From positions 2,432,001 through 2,496,000 of the forward strand of contig CAXXDV010000001.1 in NCBI GenBank assembly GCA_963674745.2: DNA of 64,000 nucleotides, read 5' to 3'. A program made the translations under genes and the position numbers. Numbering within the stretch: position 1 is the stretch's first letter; each line of letters opens with the position of its first letter. The DNA comes from Desulfosudaceae bacterium (GTDB lineage Bacteria; Desulfobacterota; Desulfobacteria; Desulfobacterales; Desulfosudaceae). The notes under the pieces are model-generated. The model saw only the letters and a program-made list of their open reading frames with translations, was not told the DNA's origin and searched no databases. This document shows, in pieces, positions 48,820 through 59,014 of the stretch.

Positions 48820-49998
48820 ATGCTTCAGGACAAGCTTTTAATCGAAAAACCTGAAATGACGCCTTTCAACATCGTTGCCGGTATCATTTTACTGGCCGGC
48901 GGCATTCTGACGATTATGCGGTTTGCGGGCGGTCTGGGCGCGGTGACCAATCTGGACAACAATTATCCCTGGGGGATCTGGATCGGGTTCGATCTGCTCT
49001 GTGGCGTGGCCCTAGCCGCCGGTGGATATGTGACATCCGCAGCCTGCTACATTTTCGGGCTGAAGCGCTTTCATTCAGCGGTGCGGCCGGCGATTCTGAC
49101 GGCCTTCCTGGGCTATGCCCTGGTGGTGCTGGCCCTGCATTATGATGTGGGACGACCGTGGCGGTTGCCGTATCCCATCTTTTTTTCCCAGGGAACGACT
49201 TCACTGCTGTTTGAAGTGGGCTTATGCGTTTTTCTTTACCTGACGGTCCTTTTTGTTGAGTACAGCCCGGCGGCCCTGGAATGGCTTGGATTGAAGACGA
49301 TCCGGAACCTGGTGGTCCGTCTGACCCTGGTGCTGACGATTTTCGGGGTCATCCTGTCCACCCTGCACCAGTCCTCTCTGGGCGCTCTGTTCATGATCGC
49401 GCCTTCAAAGCTTCACCCGTTATGGTATTCTTCCTACCTGCCGGTCTATTTCTTTGTCTCCAGTATTTTCGCGGGCATGTCCATGGTAATCGTCGAAGGC
49501 GGCCTGGCACACAAATATCTGAAGGAGAAGATGGACCAGACCCACCTGGACGAGAACCAAGGCGTGGTGCTGGGATTCGCGCGGGCGGCCTCGCTTGTCA
49601 TGATGGGGTATTTCGGTATCAAGGTCATCGGCCTGGCTGTCGATAACAACTGGCACTATCTGGGGACCGGATGGGGGGCCTGGTTTATCCTGGAAATCGC
49701 CGGGTTCATCCTGCTGCCGGCCTTTCTGTATGCCATCGCGGCCCGGGAAAAAAATATGAAACCCGCCAGAGCGGCCGCCTGGATCACGGTTCTGGGAGTC
49801 GTTTTAAACCGGCTCAACATATCGGTCGTGGCCTTCAACTGGTATCTGCCGGCTTCGCAAAGGTATGTCCCCAGCATAATGGAAATCGGTACTTCCGTAT
49901 TCATTGTCACGCTGGGCGTTGTCATTTACCGCTTTATTACCACCCGGATGCCGATTTTGTTCGAACATCCGGAATACAAGACGGAAGACAATCATTAA
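48820..49998 (+). CDS. hmcC: Hmc NrfD/HybB-type membrane subunit
   Basis: YPWGIWIGFD, GVALAAGGY, DVGRPWR, STLHQSSLG. Confidence 0.92.
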   Translation: MLQDKLLIEKPEMTPFNIVAGIILLAGGILTIMRFAGGLGAVTNLDNNYPWGIWIGFDLLCGVALAAGGYVTSAACYIFGLKRFHSAVRPAILTAFLGYALVVLALHYDVGRPWRLPYPIFFSQGTTSLLFEVGLCVFLYLTVLFVEYSPAALEWLGLKTIRNLVVRLTLVLTIFGVILSTLHQSSLGALFMIAPSKLHPLWYSSYLPVYFFVSSIFAGMSMVIVEGGLAHKYLKEKMDQTHLDENQGVVLGFARAASLVMMGYFGIKVIGLAVDNNWHYLGTGWGAWFILEIAGFILLPAFLYAIAAREKNMKPARAAAWITVLGVVLNRLNISVVAFNWYLPASQRYVPSIMEIGTSVFIVTLGVVIYRFITTRMPILFEHPEYKTEDNH

Positions 49999-50010
49999 AG
50001 GATAAATAGA

Positions 50011-50154
50011 ATGGAAGAGATGTTTTACACATTGCAGGATTTCATGACCCATACCAAGGGTGTTGTTTACATCATTATGGGGGCCATTCTGGTACTGATG
50101 CCGCTTTTCTGGCGCTTTTTGACGGATAAGGATGATCAGAAACCCACTTTTTAA
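50011..50154 (+). CDS. hmcD: Hmc small membrane subunit (absent from the ORF track)
   Basis: MEEMFYTLQDFMTHTKGVVYIIMGAILVLMPLFWRFLTDKDDQKPTF*, 47 aa, one TM, between hmcC and hmcE. Confidence 0.85.
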   Translation: MEEMFYTLQDFMTHTKGVVYIIMGAILVLMPLFWRFLTDKDDQKPTF

Positions 50155-50300
50155 GGGCACCTTTAAAAATTGCCTTTTGGCCCGATGTCGGCGTTGTGCT
50201 CAAATTTTAATCCTCGAAATACTACAATGTATTCCTCCGGTTAAAATTCTCGCACGCCTTGACCTCGAACCAAAATCCTAATTTTTAGAGATACCCTTAA
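50151..50300. mobile_element. palindromic MITE-like element
   Basis: TTAA at both ends; terminal inverted repeats GGGCACCTTTAAAAATT / AATTTTTAGAGATACCC; internal nested complementarity. Confidence 0.75.
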
Positions 50301-50327
50301 TGATGCCAACAAGAGAGGGAGGTTGCG

Positions 50328-51005
50328 ATGTATGCGTTTTTAACCGGTGCGGGATTCTGGTTTTCCCTGATGGTCTTTTTCGTGGGCTGCCTGATCCGCG
50401 TGGTGCTTTATTTCAAGGGGCTGGACTGGCAGCTGGATCGCGTGGCCTATAAGGCTTATCCGGCCCAGGGGCTCAAAGGCGCGTTGCGCTCCATTTATAA
50501 ATGGCTGATGCCGTTCGGGACCTACGGCTGGCGCCGGCAGCCGGTCATGACGGTTCTTTTTTTCAGCTTCCATGCCGGAGCCATACTGGTGCCTTTGTTC
50601 CTGCTGGCCCATCAGACCTTTTTAGAAGACAAAATCGGTTTCTCTGTTTTGTCATTGCCCGTTCCGGTTGCCGATTTTTTGACCTGGGTGGTTGTGGTCA
50701 GCGCGGCCTTTATCGTTTTAAGACGTCTGGCCCTGCCCGAGGTGAGAATACTGACGACCTGGGCCGATTACCTGATCCTCCTGGTGTCGGTAGCGCCTTT
50801 TATAACAGGTTTGATTGCCCGTTATGAGCTCGGCAACTATGACTTCTGGCTGACGACTCACATCCTGAGCGGAGAGATCTTTTTGATCCTGGTGCCGTTT
50901 ACCAAATTATCTCATATCGTTTTATTTTTCGCTTCACGGGCACAGCTGGGGATGGATTTCGGCATTAAACGGGGCGGGCTGAAAGGCACTAAAATGGCCT
51001 GGTAG
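50328..51005 (+). CDS. hmcE: Hmc membrane cytochrome b subunit (NarI-like)
   Basis: FSFH, LLAH, TTH, PFTKLSH heme-b His residues. Confidence 0.92.
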   Translation: MYAFLTGAGFWFSLMVFFVGCLIRVVLYFKGLDWQLDRVAYKAYPAQGLKGALRSIYKWLMPFGTYGWRRQPVMTVLFFSFHAGAILVPLFLLAHQTFLEDKIGFSVLSLPVPVADFLTWVVVVSAAFIVLRRLALPEVRILTTWADYLILLVSVAPFITGLIARYELGNYDFWLTTHILSGEIFLILVPFTKLSHIVLFFASRAQLGMDFGIKRGGLKGTKMAW

Positions 51006-51043
51006 TTTATGTTAATTTGATTATTTTAAGGAGGCAGGAATTC

Positions 51044-52432
51044 ATGCCCGAAGGAAAATTGTGCAACAGACAACCGTTGGCGACCGCCGATGAGATCATC
51101 ACCCTGCTGGCGGATAAAAGCGGGGCCGAGTATTACCGGGAGATGAAGTCCCTGAATGTGGATACCACCCTGTTGTGGTCCACCATACAGAAGACATTCA
51201 AGTCCCGCATGAAAACCTGGCTGGAAATATGCGCCCATTGCGGCATGTGCGCCGACAGCTGTTTCTTTTATCGTATCAACGACAGGGATCCGAAACAGGT
51301 GCCGGCCTACAAGATCCAGTCCACCCTGGGTGAAATCGTCAAACGCAAGGGAAAGGTCGACAACCCGTTCATGCGTCATGCCATGGAGGTCGCCTGGGCC
51401 CAGTGCACCTGCTGCAATCGTTGTGCGCTTTACTGCCCTCATGGAATCGATACCGGCGTGATGTTCGGGTATCTGCGGGGGCTTTTGTATCAGCAGGGAT
51501 TTGTGCCCTGGGAGTTGAAAATCGGTGCCGGTATGCACCGGGTGTACCGGGCTCAGATGGATGTCACCGATGAAGATTTCGTCGAGACGTTTGAGTGGAT
51601 GGTGGAAGAATACGAGGACGAGTACCCGGGGTTGACCGTGCCGGTCGATAAAGAGAACGCCGACATCCTGTATACGGTCAACGCGCGCGAAGTCAAGCAT
51701 TATCCCGAAGACCTGGCCGAGGCGGCCATCCTTTTTCATCTGGCCGGAGAAAACTGGACGGTAACTTCCAAAGGTTGGGAGCAGACCAGCCTGGCCATGT
51801 TCGCGGGTGACTGGGCGGCCTGTAAAATGCAGGTGGAAAGCGTTTATGATGCCATGGATCGTCTGAAACCCAAAAGAATGGTCGGGACAGAGTGCGGGCA
51901 CGCCCATCGCGCCACGGTCGTGGAAGGGCCATACTGGGCGGGTCGCAAAAACGGGAAACCGCCGGTTGAGTCGATTCACTATGTGGAATGGCTGGCCGAA
52001 GCGTTAAGGGCAGGGAAGTTGAAAATAGACCCCGCCAAGCGGATAAAGGAACCGGTTACCATCCAGGATTCGTGTAACTATATACGGAACCATGGGCTAA
52101 AAGAGGCGACCCGGGAAATTGTTTCCCACATCGTGGCGCCGGGATATTTCATCGAGATGTCGCCCAACCGGGAACACAACTACTGTTGTGGCGGCGGCGG
52201 CGGGTTCAATGGCATCGGCGTTTTTCGCGCCCAGCGGAATAAAGCGCTGATTACCAAGCGGGACCAGATTCTTGCGACCGGTGCCAAACTGGTGCTTGCG
52301 CCCTGTCACAATTGCTGGGATGCCATTCGCGATCTGGAAGAAGAGTACGATATCGGGATCCGCTGGTCGTTTTTAAAACCCCTGCTGTTAAAGATGGTTG
52401 AAATTCCTGACCATTTAATGCCGCAGGAGTGA
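51044..52432 (+). CDS. hmcF: Hmc cytoplasmic HdrD/DsrK-like Fe-S subunit
   Basis: [42 protein letters not shown]. Confidence 0.92.
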   Translation: MPEGKLCNRQPLATADEIITLLADKSGAEYYREMKSLNVDTTLLWSTIQKTFKSRMKTWLEICAHCGMCADSCFFYRINDRDPKQVPAYKIQSTLGEIVKRKGKVDNPFMRHAMEVAWAQCTCCNRCALYCPHGIDTGVMFGYLRGLLYQQGFVPWELKIGAGMHRVYRAQMDVTDEDFVETFEWMVEEYEDEYPGLTVPVDKENADILYTVNAREVKHYPEDLAEAAILFHLAGENWTVTSKGWEQTSLAMFAGDWAACKMQVESVYDAMDRLKPKRMVGTECGHAHRATVVEGPYWAGRKNGKPPVESIHYVEWLAEALRAGKLKIDPAKRIKEPVTIQDSCNYIRNHGLKEATREIVSHIVAPGYFIEMSPNREHNYCCGGGGGFNGIGVFRAQRNKALITKRDQILATGAKLVLAPCHNCWDAIRDLEEEYDIGIRWSFLKPLLLKMVEIPDHLMPQE

Positions 52433-52509
52433 GGCGGGAGAAACAGGCTGAATACAAGACAATGATACGCAGGTAGATCAAAGAAATAATATAAAAGCGG
52501 GGTTTGCCA

Positions 52510-53409
52510 ATGTTTCAGAGAATACTGTTCGCGACATCAGCCACCGAGGCTTGTGATCACGCGGCCCGGGTCGCTTTTAACATCGCGGCCATGAACCGGT
52601 CGTCCTTGCACATTTTTCATGTGCTCGGCGTGCCGACCCGGGGATATAGCCAGGATGTCATGGATGTCAAAACAAAAGAAAAAGTTGAAGTCGACGCTGA
52701 ATATGTCTCATGGGTCAAGGAAGAGGTCCGCACCTATTATGAGGAACAGCTGAAGGACAAGGCCGATACCGAGATAGAGGTGGCTGTCGGCTTTCCGCAT
52801 CGGGAGATTCTGCGCCAGGCCAGGGCCATCAATGCGGACCTGATTGTTCTGGGCCGCAGCACCGGCCAGGAGGCGGATTCGGTTTATAAAAAAAGCATGG
52901 CTGGTTCAACCGTTCAGCGGGTGGCCAGGGCCGCGCGCTGCCCGGTTTTGACCGTCAGTCGTCCGGCGGCATCGTTCTGGGGGGGGCTGTCCAATATCGT
53001 TTTCGGAACGGATTTTTCCGGGGCGTCGGATAAGGCCTTTGCGTTTGCCGTCGAACTGGCCCGGTCGCTTGGCTGCGAATTGCATATCTTTCATGCCCTG
53101 GATGTCAGTGCCATGCTGGTCGGAAAGGCCATAACCCAGGATGAGATCGAGCAGGGCCGCAGGGAAGCGCTGCGTCGGATACGGGGAAAATATATTTCCG
53201 GCATGGAAGGTATCAAAAACTATACAATGGAAGTCTGGGAAGGCATACCGTTTATCGAGATCGTAAAATATGCCCGGGAAAATTACGCCGACCTGATTGT
53301 TTTGGCGCATCACTCCCGGCCCGAAGAAACGGAGATGTCCACCATCGGCAGTAATGTGGAACAGGTGATTGTCCGCGCCGGCTGCCCGGTGATCAGTATG
53401 AACCGATAG
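52510..53409 (+). CDS. tandem-domain universal stress protein
   Basis: Two USP domains (ILFATS; IVFGTDFS...IGSNVEQV). Confidence 0.9.
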   Translation: MFQRILFATSATEACDHAARVAFNIAAMNRSSLHIFHVLGVPTRGYSQDVMDVKTKEKVEVDAEYVSWVKEEVRTYYEEQLKDKADTEIEVAVGFPHREILRQARAINADLIVLGRSTGQEADSVYKKSMAGSTVQRVARAARCPVLTVSRPAASFWGGLSNIVFGTDFSGASDKAFAFAVELARSLGCELHIFHALDVSAMLVGKAITQDEIEQGRREALRRIRGKYISGMEGIKNYTMEVWEGIPFIEIVKYARENYADLIVLAHHSRPEETEMSTIGSNVEQVIVRAGCPVISMNR

Positions 53410-53447
53410 GGATAAATGTTATTAACCATGAACATTGAGAGGTGCCT

Positions 53448-53807
53448 ATGAAAAAGATTCTGATAATCGACGATGACCCGGAGATCCGGGACTATCTGTC
53501 CACCCTGTTTGAGGACAATGGCTATCAGGCGGTTACCGCCGCCGATGTGCCAGGGGCGCTGCAGACGGCTAAAGATGAGCGGCCGGATCTGATAACACTG
53601 GATTTGGATATGCCCGGTGAATGGGGTCCCCGGTTCTACCGCCATCTTTCGCAGGACAAGGAGCTTAAAAACACGCCCGTGATCGTTATCAGCGGTTTAT
53701 CCGGAAACAAGTATGCCATTGCCAAAGCCGTGGCCAGTCTGACCAAGCCGTTTGACCGGGAAGAGCTGATGTCGATTGTAAATGAAACACTGAATCCCGG
53801 AAAATAA
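53448..53807 (+). CDS. single-domain response regulator of the tmc-associated type
   Basis: LITLDLDMPGEWGPRFYR...ISGL...KPF. Confidence 0.9.
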   Translation: MKKILIIDDDPEIRDYLSTLFEDNGYQAVTAADVPGALQTAKDERPDLITLDLDMPGEWGPRFYRHLSQDKELKNTPVIVISGLSGNKYAIAKAVASLTKPFDREELMSIVNETLNPGK

Positions 53808-53872
53808 CAATTTTGTGTTTGTTGTTTTTTGCTGTTGAATAAACAGTTAACCCACAAACCGGTTTTTCGAAA

Positions 53873-55381
53873 ATGGCCCAGACAGTTCTCCTGATTGACG
53901 GTGATGCCAGTCGTGCCGACGCGCTGAAAATATTTCTGGCACGAAAACACGTTGAGGTGATGACGGCCGTCACGGCGGAGAGGGCCGGCCGCTTGATGGC
54001 CGGTCATGACTACCGGATTATACTCGCCAACCCATACGGAGTCGGCACCAGATTTCCTCTGAAGCTGAAAAAATTCAAGGCGTCAAAACCGCTGCCGCCG
54101 CTTATCGTGTTTACCCCTAAAGATATGACAGACCGGGCCATGGATGACTTTGGTACGTTGGCCGTCAGTTATCTGCAAACGCCGATTAACAGCAAAGCCC
54201 TGGAACTGGCCATCCAATATGCCGAAAATGCGATCCGGGATGAAAAAAAAATGACCAATTACGCCCAGCAGCTCAGCGACCTGCACAACGCCCAGATCCT
54301 TTACCACCAGTTGTTCAATGAAGTCCCTTGTTATATTACAGTACAGAACAGGGACCTGCGGCTCACGGACAGTAATTTGAAATTCAAAGAAGACTTTGGT
54401 GATGTCGTGGGCGGGTTTTGTTACGAAATATACAAGCATCGGAAATCCCCCTGTCCGGGATGCCCGGTGGCCAAAACGTTCGCCGATGGCTTGTCCCACG
54501 GTACGGAAGAGGTCGTGACCTCGCAATCAGGACGGCAGTACAATGTTATTACCCAAACCGCGCCTGTCCGGGACGAAACCGGTGAGATTACCCAGGTCAT
54601 GGAAATATCCACCAACATTACCAAGGTTCGCCAACTTCAGGATCATCTTTCTTCCCTGGGGCTGATGATCGGTTCCATCTCCCACGGTATCAAAGGCACA
54701 TTGACCGCGCTGGACGGCAGTATATACCAGCTTGAAAGCGGACTGCAGAAAAACGACCAGCAGCGGATTGAGAAGTCCTTTTTCAAGCTGAAAAGGATAT
54801 CAGAAGGCTTAAAGCGAATGGTACTGGACATCCTCGATTATGCCAAATCAAGAGAACTCAAATACCAGAAGGTGGAGATCGGCGAACTGGTGGGAGACGT
54901 CATTTCGACTGTTTCCAAATTGGCTCAGGACAACAAGGTCAGGCTGGAGACGGATATTGAAGATGGGCCGGGCCGGATTGAAATAGACGCCAACTGGATG
55001 CAGACGGCCCTTGTCAACTTAATGGAAAACGCGATTGAAGCCTGCGGTGTCGACTCGTCGAAAAAAGACCATTGTGTCAGGCTGACAGTCCGATCCCAGG
55101 ATGATGATCAGATCTGTCTTTCAATTAAAGATAACGGCGTCGGCATGAACAAGCGAACCAAAGATTCTCTGTTTACGTTATTCGCCTCTTCCAAAGGGGC
55201 CAAAGGCACGGGATTGGGCCTTTTCATTGCCAACCACGTGGTGGCTCAGCATGGCGGCACCATAGACGTTACCTCCCGCCTGAAAAGAGGCACCAGTTTT
55301 GAAATATGTCTGCCCAGAAAGAGGGTTGAGCATCCCAGAATCTGCATTTATCCGGAAACGCATCGACAAATGACCTACTGA
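53873..55381 (+). CDS. degenerate receiver-PAS-histidine kinase
   Basis: Receiver-like N-terminus with the phospho-Asp position apparently lost (ILANP); Cys-motif PAS; SHGIKG, NAIEA, DNGVG, GTGLGL. Confidence 0.88.
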   Translation: MAQTVLLIDGDASRADALKIFLARKHVEVMTAVTAERAGRLMAGHDYRIILANPYGVGTRFPLKLKKFKASKPLPPLIVFTPKDMTDRAMDDFGTLAVSYLQTPINSKALELAIQYAENAIRDEKKMTNYAQQLSDLHNAQILYHQLFNEVPCYITVQNRDLRLTDSNLKFKEDFGDVVGGFCYEIYKHRKSPCPGCPVAKTFADGLSHGTEEVVTSQSGRQYNVITQTAPVRDETGEITQVMEISTNITKVRQLQDHLSSLGLMIGSISHGIKGTLTALDGSIYQLESGLQKNDQQRIEKSFFKLKRISEGLKRMVLDILDYAKSRELKYQKVEIGELVGDVISTVSKLAQDNKVRLETDIEDGPGRIEIDANWMQTALVNLMENAIEACGVDSSKKDHCVRLTVRSQDDDQICLSIKDNGVGMNKRTKDSLFTLFASSKGAKGTGLGLFIANHVVAQHGGTIDVTSRLKRGTSFEICLPRKRVEHPRICIYPETHRQMTY

Positions 55382-55491
55382 CATAAACCGACGCTGATTA
55401 CAGATGGACAGACCGTTTAGAAAGATATAATCTAAAATATTGTACATTTTAAGTTGTGTCTCATTTTGAAAAAGAATATATGCGGGGCATC

Positions 55492-55944
55492 ATGCGCTTG
55501 ACGACAAAAAGCCGGTACGGAACCCGGTTGTTACTGGATCTGGCCATCAATGGCCGGGAGAAATATGTCCCTTTAAGTGATATTTCCAAACGTCAGAGTA
55601 TCTCTTTGAAATATCTTGAGCAATTGACCAGTAAGCTCAAAAGAGATGGCCTTATTATCAGTCGCCGCGGTCCCTTCGGCGGCCATAAACTGGCCTATGA
55701 TCCTGAAAAAATTACAATAGGTGATGTCGTCAGGAGCCTCGAGGGAAAGACGGCGCTGACGGAGTGCTCGGAGTCCAAAGAGCCTTCTTGTGGCGTCTGC
55801 AACAGAGCGGGGGCATGCCTTTCACGATGGGTCTGGGTCGAAGCCAGTAATGCCATGTTTGATCGCCTGAATCAGATTACCCTGGAGAGCCTGATCAATG
55901 GTCAGCATTCCCCCCGGCCAAAGGCGGTTTCGGAAAAGAAGTAG
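55492..55944 (+). CDS. Rrf2-family transcriptional regulator
   Basis: MRLTTKSRYG, SRRGPFGG, four Cys; paralog of 25834..26280. Confidence 0.92.
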   Translation: MRLTTKSRYGTRLLLDLAINGREKYVPLSDISKRQSISLKYLEQLTSKLKRDGLIISRRGPFGGHKLAYDPEKITIGDVVRSLEGKTALTECSESKEPSCGVCNRAGACLSRWVWVEASNAMFDRLNQITLESLINGQHSPRPKAVSEKK

Positions 55945-56234
55945 TCTGCGGGAGGGACAATCGTTCCCCCGTCCTTTGTTTCCCACTCATTTTTAATAGG
56001 TTTCATAAACCTGTTCATTTCTATGTCTGAAAAGCCGGCATAGACAGGGGACGTTTTTAAAATCCATTGACAAGAAGGTGGGGAAACGATAATCATTTTC
56101 ATCTGAGATATAACTCAAAATAATGCACGGGTCGAAATGTATAGGTTCTTTTATGCCGGTATATTAGGCATAACACCATAATTTAAAAATGTTTTATACA
56201 GCAACAAGCGCCTTTGCCGGGGGGGCCAAAGACA

Positions 56235-56975
56235 ATGCACAGGAAACAGAAGATGACAGCGCAAAAAACCAAAAAGGTGTTAAGCGGTTATATTATTATT
56301 GTGTTATTTATCCTGACGGCCGGTTGCCATCATCCGGCCGGCAATTCTGCCATCGAAAATCCGACACTGGATGTCATCGTGCTGGATGCCATGCAAATAT
56401 TCGGCCCCCTTGAACGACCGGCCGTGGCCTTTCCCCATGATCTGCATGTCACTGCCGTAAAAGACAAAGGCGGTTGCAACGCCTGTCATCAGCAGGCCGG
56501 CAAAGGCGTTCTTTTTACGTTCGTGCCCATGGCCGATATGTCGGATCGGACGGCCATGAATACCTGGCATGACCGCTGCATCGGTTGTCATGAAAGGTCG
56601 GTCGATGAAGGCCAGGCCGGCGGGCCATTGACCTGCGGCGAGTGCCATATCAAAACCCTGCCGGGCATACCGGCTGTTCAGACACCGAATTTTTATGATA
56701 CCTATCACGAGCTCCATGAAGCCCTGGATGACGGATGCGGCCTCTGCCACCACGAATACGACGCTCAAACGGGAAAGTTGTATTATGAAGAAGGCATGGA
56801 GAGCGCCTGCAGTGAATGCCATGGAAAAAGTGCGAAAGACAATATGCCGTCACTCAAAGACGCTTCCCATTTGTCATGTGTCAATTGCCATCTGGAGACG
56901 GGCTTGAGCGAGGGGCTGGAATTACCGGTGGATTGTTCCGGCTGCCATGAAACCGGGGTGAAGCCGGCTCAATAA
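56235..56975 (+). CDS. 7-heme class III cytochrome c, probable lipoprotein, in the tmcA position
   Basis: Seven CxxCH; lipobox-like LTAGC; start 56235 or 56253. Confidence 0.88.
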   Translation: MHRKQKMTAQKTKKVLSGYIIIVLFILTAGCHHPAGNSAIENPTLDVIVLDAMQIFGPLERPAVAFPHDLHVTAVKDKGGCNACHQQAGKGVLFTFVPMADMSDRTAMNTWHDRCIGCHERSVDEGQAGGPLTCGECHIKTLPGIPAVQTPNFYDTYHELHEALDDGCGLCHHEYDAQTGKLYYEEGMESACSECHGKSAKDNMPSLKDASHLSCVNCHLETGLSEGLELPVDCSGCHETGVKPAQ

Positions 56976-57021
56976 AACAGACATGCTGTCGATGAGGTAA
57001 GTTTGAAGGAGAGAAAAGTCA

Positions 57022-58290
57022 ATGAATGATATGTCAACCTGGGACTGGGAAACCGGTGAGAAATGCCTCGCGGATCTCAACCAATGGCGGTCTGAATACA
57101 GCTGGGTGGAAGAACCCGTTTTCAGCCCGGACGGTGAGAGAATCGCCTGCATCGTCAATATCGACGACGCCGAATTCAATGTCTGTGTCAATGGCACATT
57201 GTGGGAAACTGAAGCGAATTTTGAAAAGGCCTGGTACCTGAGATTCGCTCCGGACGGACGCCTGACGGCCATTGTCTCCCAGGACATGGCCTGGACCCTG
57301 GGTGTGGACGGTGTCGTCTGGGAGAACAGTTTTGACTATTTATGGAATACACAGTTCAGCCCGGATGGTTCGGTGATCGCGGCCTCGATTCAATCCGGCG
57401 GCGAGTACGGACTGATTGTAGATGACGTTCCCTGGGAAAATCTTTTTTCCAACCTGACCGGAATGTGTTTAAGTGCTGACGGCAAAAGAGGCGCTGCGGC
57501 TGTTCAGAATGACGAGTGCGGCGAAACCGATCTTTTCAAGTTTCAGGAAGGGGTTTATACCGTGGCTGTTGACGGTGACCCCTGGACCCGGAATTTTACC
57601 AATGTCTGGGGCATGGCTTTCAGCCCGGATAACGAACATGTAGCCGCGGAAGTCCGTCTTAATCTTTATGATTACACCCTGGCAGTTGATGGCAAACCAT
57701 GGAGCCAGACCTTTTCCTGTGTCTGGGAACCGATTTTTCATCCGACCCGGGGAACGGTCATTGCGCCGGTAAGGTCCGGGGCCAAGTGGGGGCTGGCCGA
57801 GGACGGGACAATGATCTGGAAACCGGAATTCGACCAGTGCTGGCATCAGATGATTCATGCCGGCAGTGACCGGCTGGCCGCCATCGTGGCCCCGTCTTAT
57901 GGCAAATGGACCGTGGCCGTGGACGGTGAGCCCTGGTCCGTGCGTTTCGGCGACATTGTTCCCGAAGCTGTTTTTTCGCCGGATGGCCGGTCTGTGGCCG
58001 CCCTGGGTGTTGATAAAGGTGTTTACCGGGTGTCAATAGACGGTGACGTCTGGCCGGAAAAATTTGACATGGCCTGGGCCCCGGTGTTCTCTCCAGATGG
58101 GAAAACGGTAGCGGCCAGGGTTGAGAAACAGGGCCAATACACCATCGTTGTCAACGGGAAACTGTGGGGCCGGCAATGCCAGGCCGTGGGTGAGCCGGTA
58201 TTCAGTCCCGACGGCAGCCGTCTGCTTTTAAAGAGTGTTGAACAAGGAAAATATTACCGGCGTGTGATCGCCGTCAATGACATTGTATAG
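57022..58290 (+). CDS. tmcD: Tmc Trp-rich beta-propeller subunit
   Basis: WDW start, repeated PVFSPDG and VAVDGxPW units; upstream of tmcC and tmcB. Confidence 0.85.
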   Translation: MNDMSTWDWETGEKCLADLNQWRSEYSWVEEPVFSPDGERIACIVNIDDAEFNVCVNGTLWETEANFEKAWYLRFAPDGRLTAIVSQDMAWTLGVDGVVWENSFDYLWNTQFSPDGSVIAASIQSGGEYGLIVDDVPWENLFSNLTGMCLSADGKRGAAAVQNDECGETDLFKFQEGVYTVAVDGDPWTRNFTNVWGMAFSPDNEHVAAEVRLNLYDYTLAVDGKPWSQTFSCVWEPIFHPTRGTVIAPVRSGAKWGLAEDGTMIWKPEFDQCWHQMIHAGSDRLAAIVAPSYGKWTVAVDGEPWSVRFGDIVPEAVFSPDGRSVAALGVDKGVYRVSIDGDVWPEKFDMAWAPVFSPDGKTVAARVEKQGQYTIVVNGKLWGRQCQAVGEPVFSPDGSRLLLKSVEQGKYYRRVIAVNDIV

Positions 58291-58299
58291 GGGGGCGTT

Positions 58300-58977
58300 A
58301 TGTCGGGTCCCGATCAATTCCATGTGATTTATAATTTTATTGCCGGGCCGCTGATGTGGGGAACGGTTATTCTGTTTCTGGCGGGAAGCGTTTACCGCAT
58401 CGGCAACATGTTTTATCTGATCAATCGCAAGGAGCGGTTTATCTACTCTTATTTCAGTTTTATTTATAGTTTACGGTCCATTGTGCACTGGATCATACCC
58501 TTTGGTACCACCAACTGGCGGATGCATCCGGTCATGACGGTGGCAACCTTTGCCTTTCATTTGTCCTTGTTGATTGCTCCCGTTTTTCTGACGGCACACC
58601 TGGTGATGCTGAACAGTGCCTGGGATATCAGCTGGGTGTCTTTGCCGGCGGTTGTGGCGGATGTGATGACAGTGATCGTCATTTTATGCTGTCTGTTTTT
58701 TCTCGTGCGCCGGATATCCCAAAAAGAGGTCCGCTATCTGACCACGCCTTCGGATTATGTGCTGCTGACCCTGGCGGCAGCCCCGTTTATTACCGGGTTT
58801 CTGGCTTATCACCAGGTAGGGGATTACCGCTTGTGGGTTATTCTTCATATGCTTTCCGGGCAATTAATGCTCGTTGCCATCCCGTTTACCCGGTTGAGTC
58901 ATATGCTGTTTGCGGTATTTACCCGCGCCTATACGGGATCGGAATTTGGCGCTATCCGGAATGCCAAGGATTGGTAA
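58300..58977 (+). CDS. tmcC: Tmc membrane cytochrome b subunit
   Basis: HmcE paralog: FAFH, LTAH, ILH, PFTRLSH, SEFG. Confidence 0.88.
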   Translation: MSGPDQFHVIYNFIAGPLMWGTVILFLAGSVYRIGNMFYLINRKERFIYSYFSFIYSLRSIVHWIIPFGTTNWRMHPVMTVATFAFHLSLLIAPVFLTAHLVMLNSAWDISWVSLPAVVADVMTVIVILCCLFFLVRRISQKEVRYLTTPSDYVLLTLAAAPFITGFLAYHQVGDYRLWVILHMLSGQLMLVAIPFTRLSHMLFAVFTRAYTGSEFGAIRNAKDW

Positions 58978-59014
58978 AGTGATATGTTTTTGAGTGATGA
59001 GAAAGGAAGAGAAA

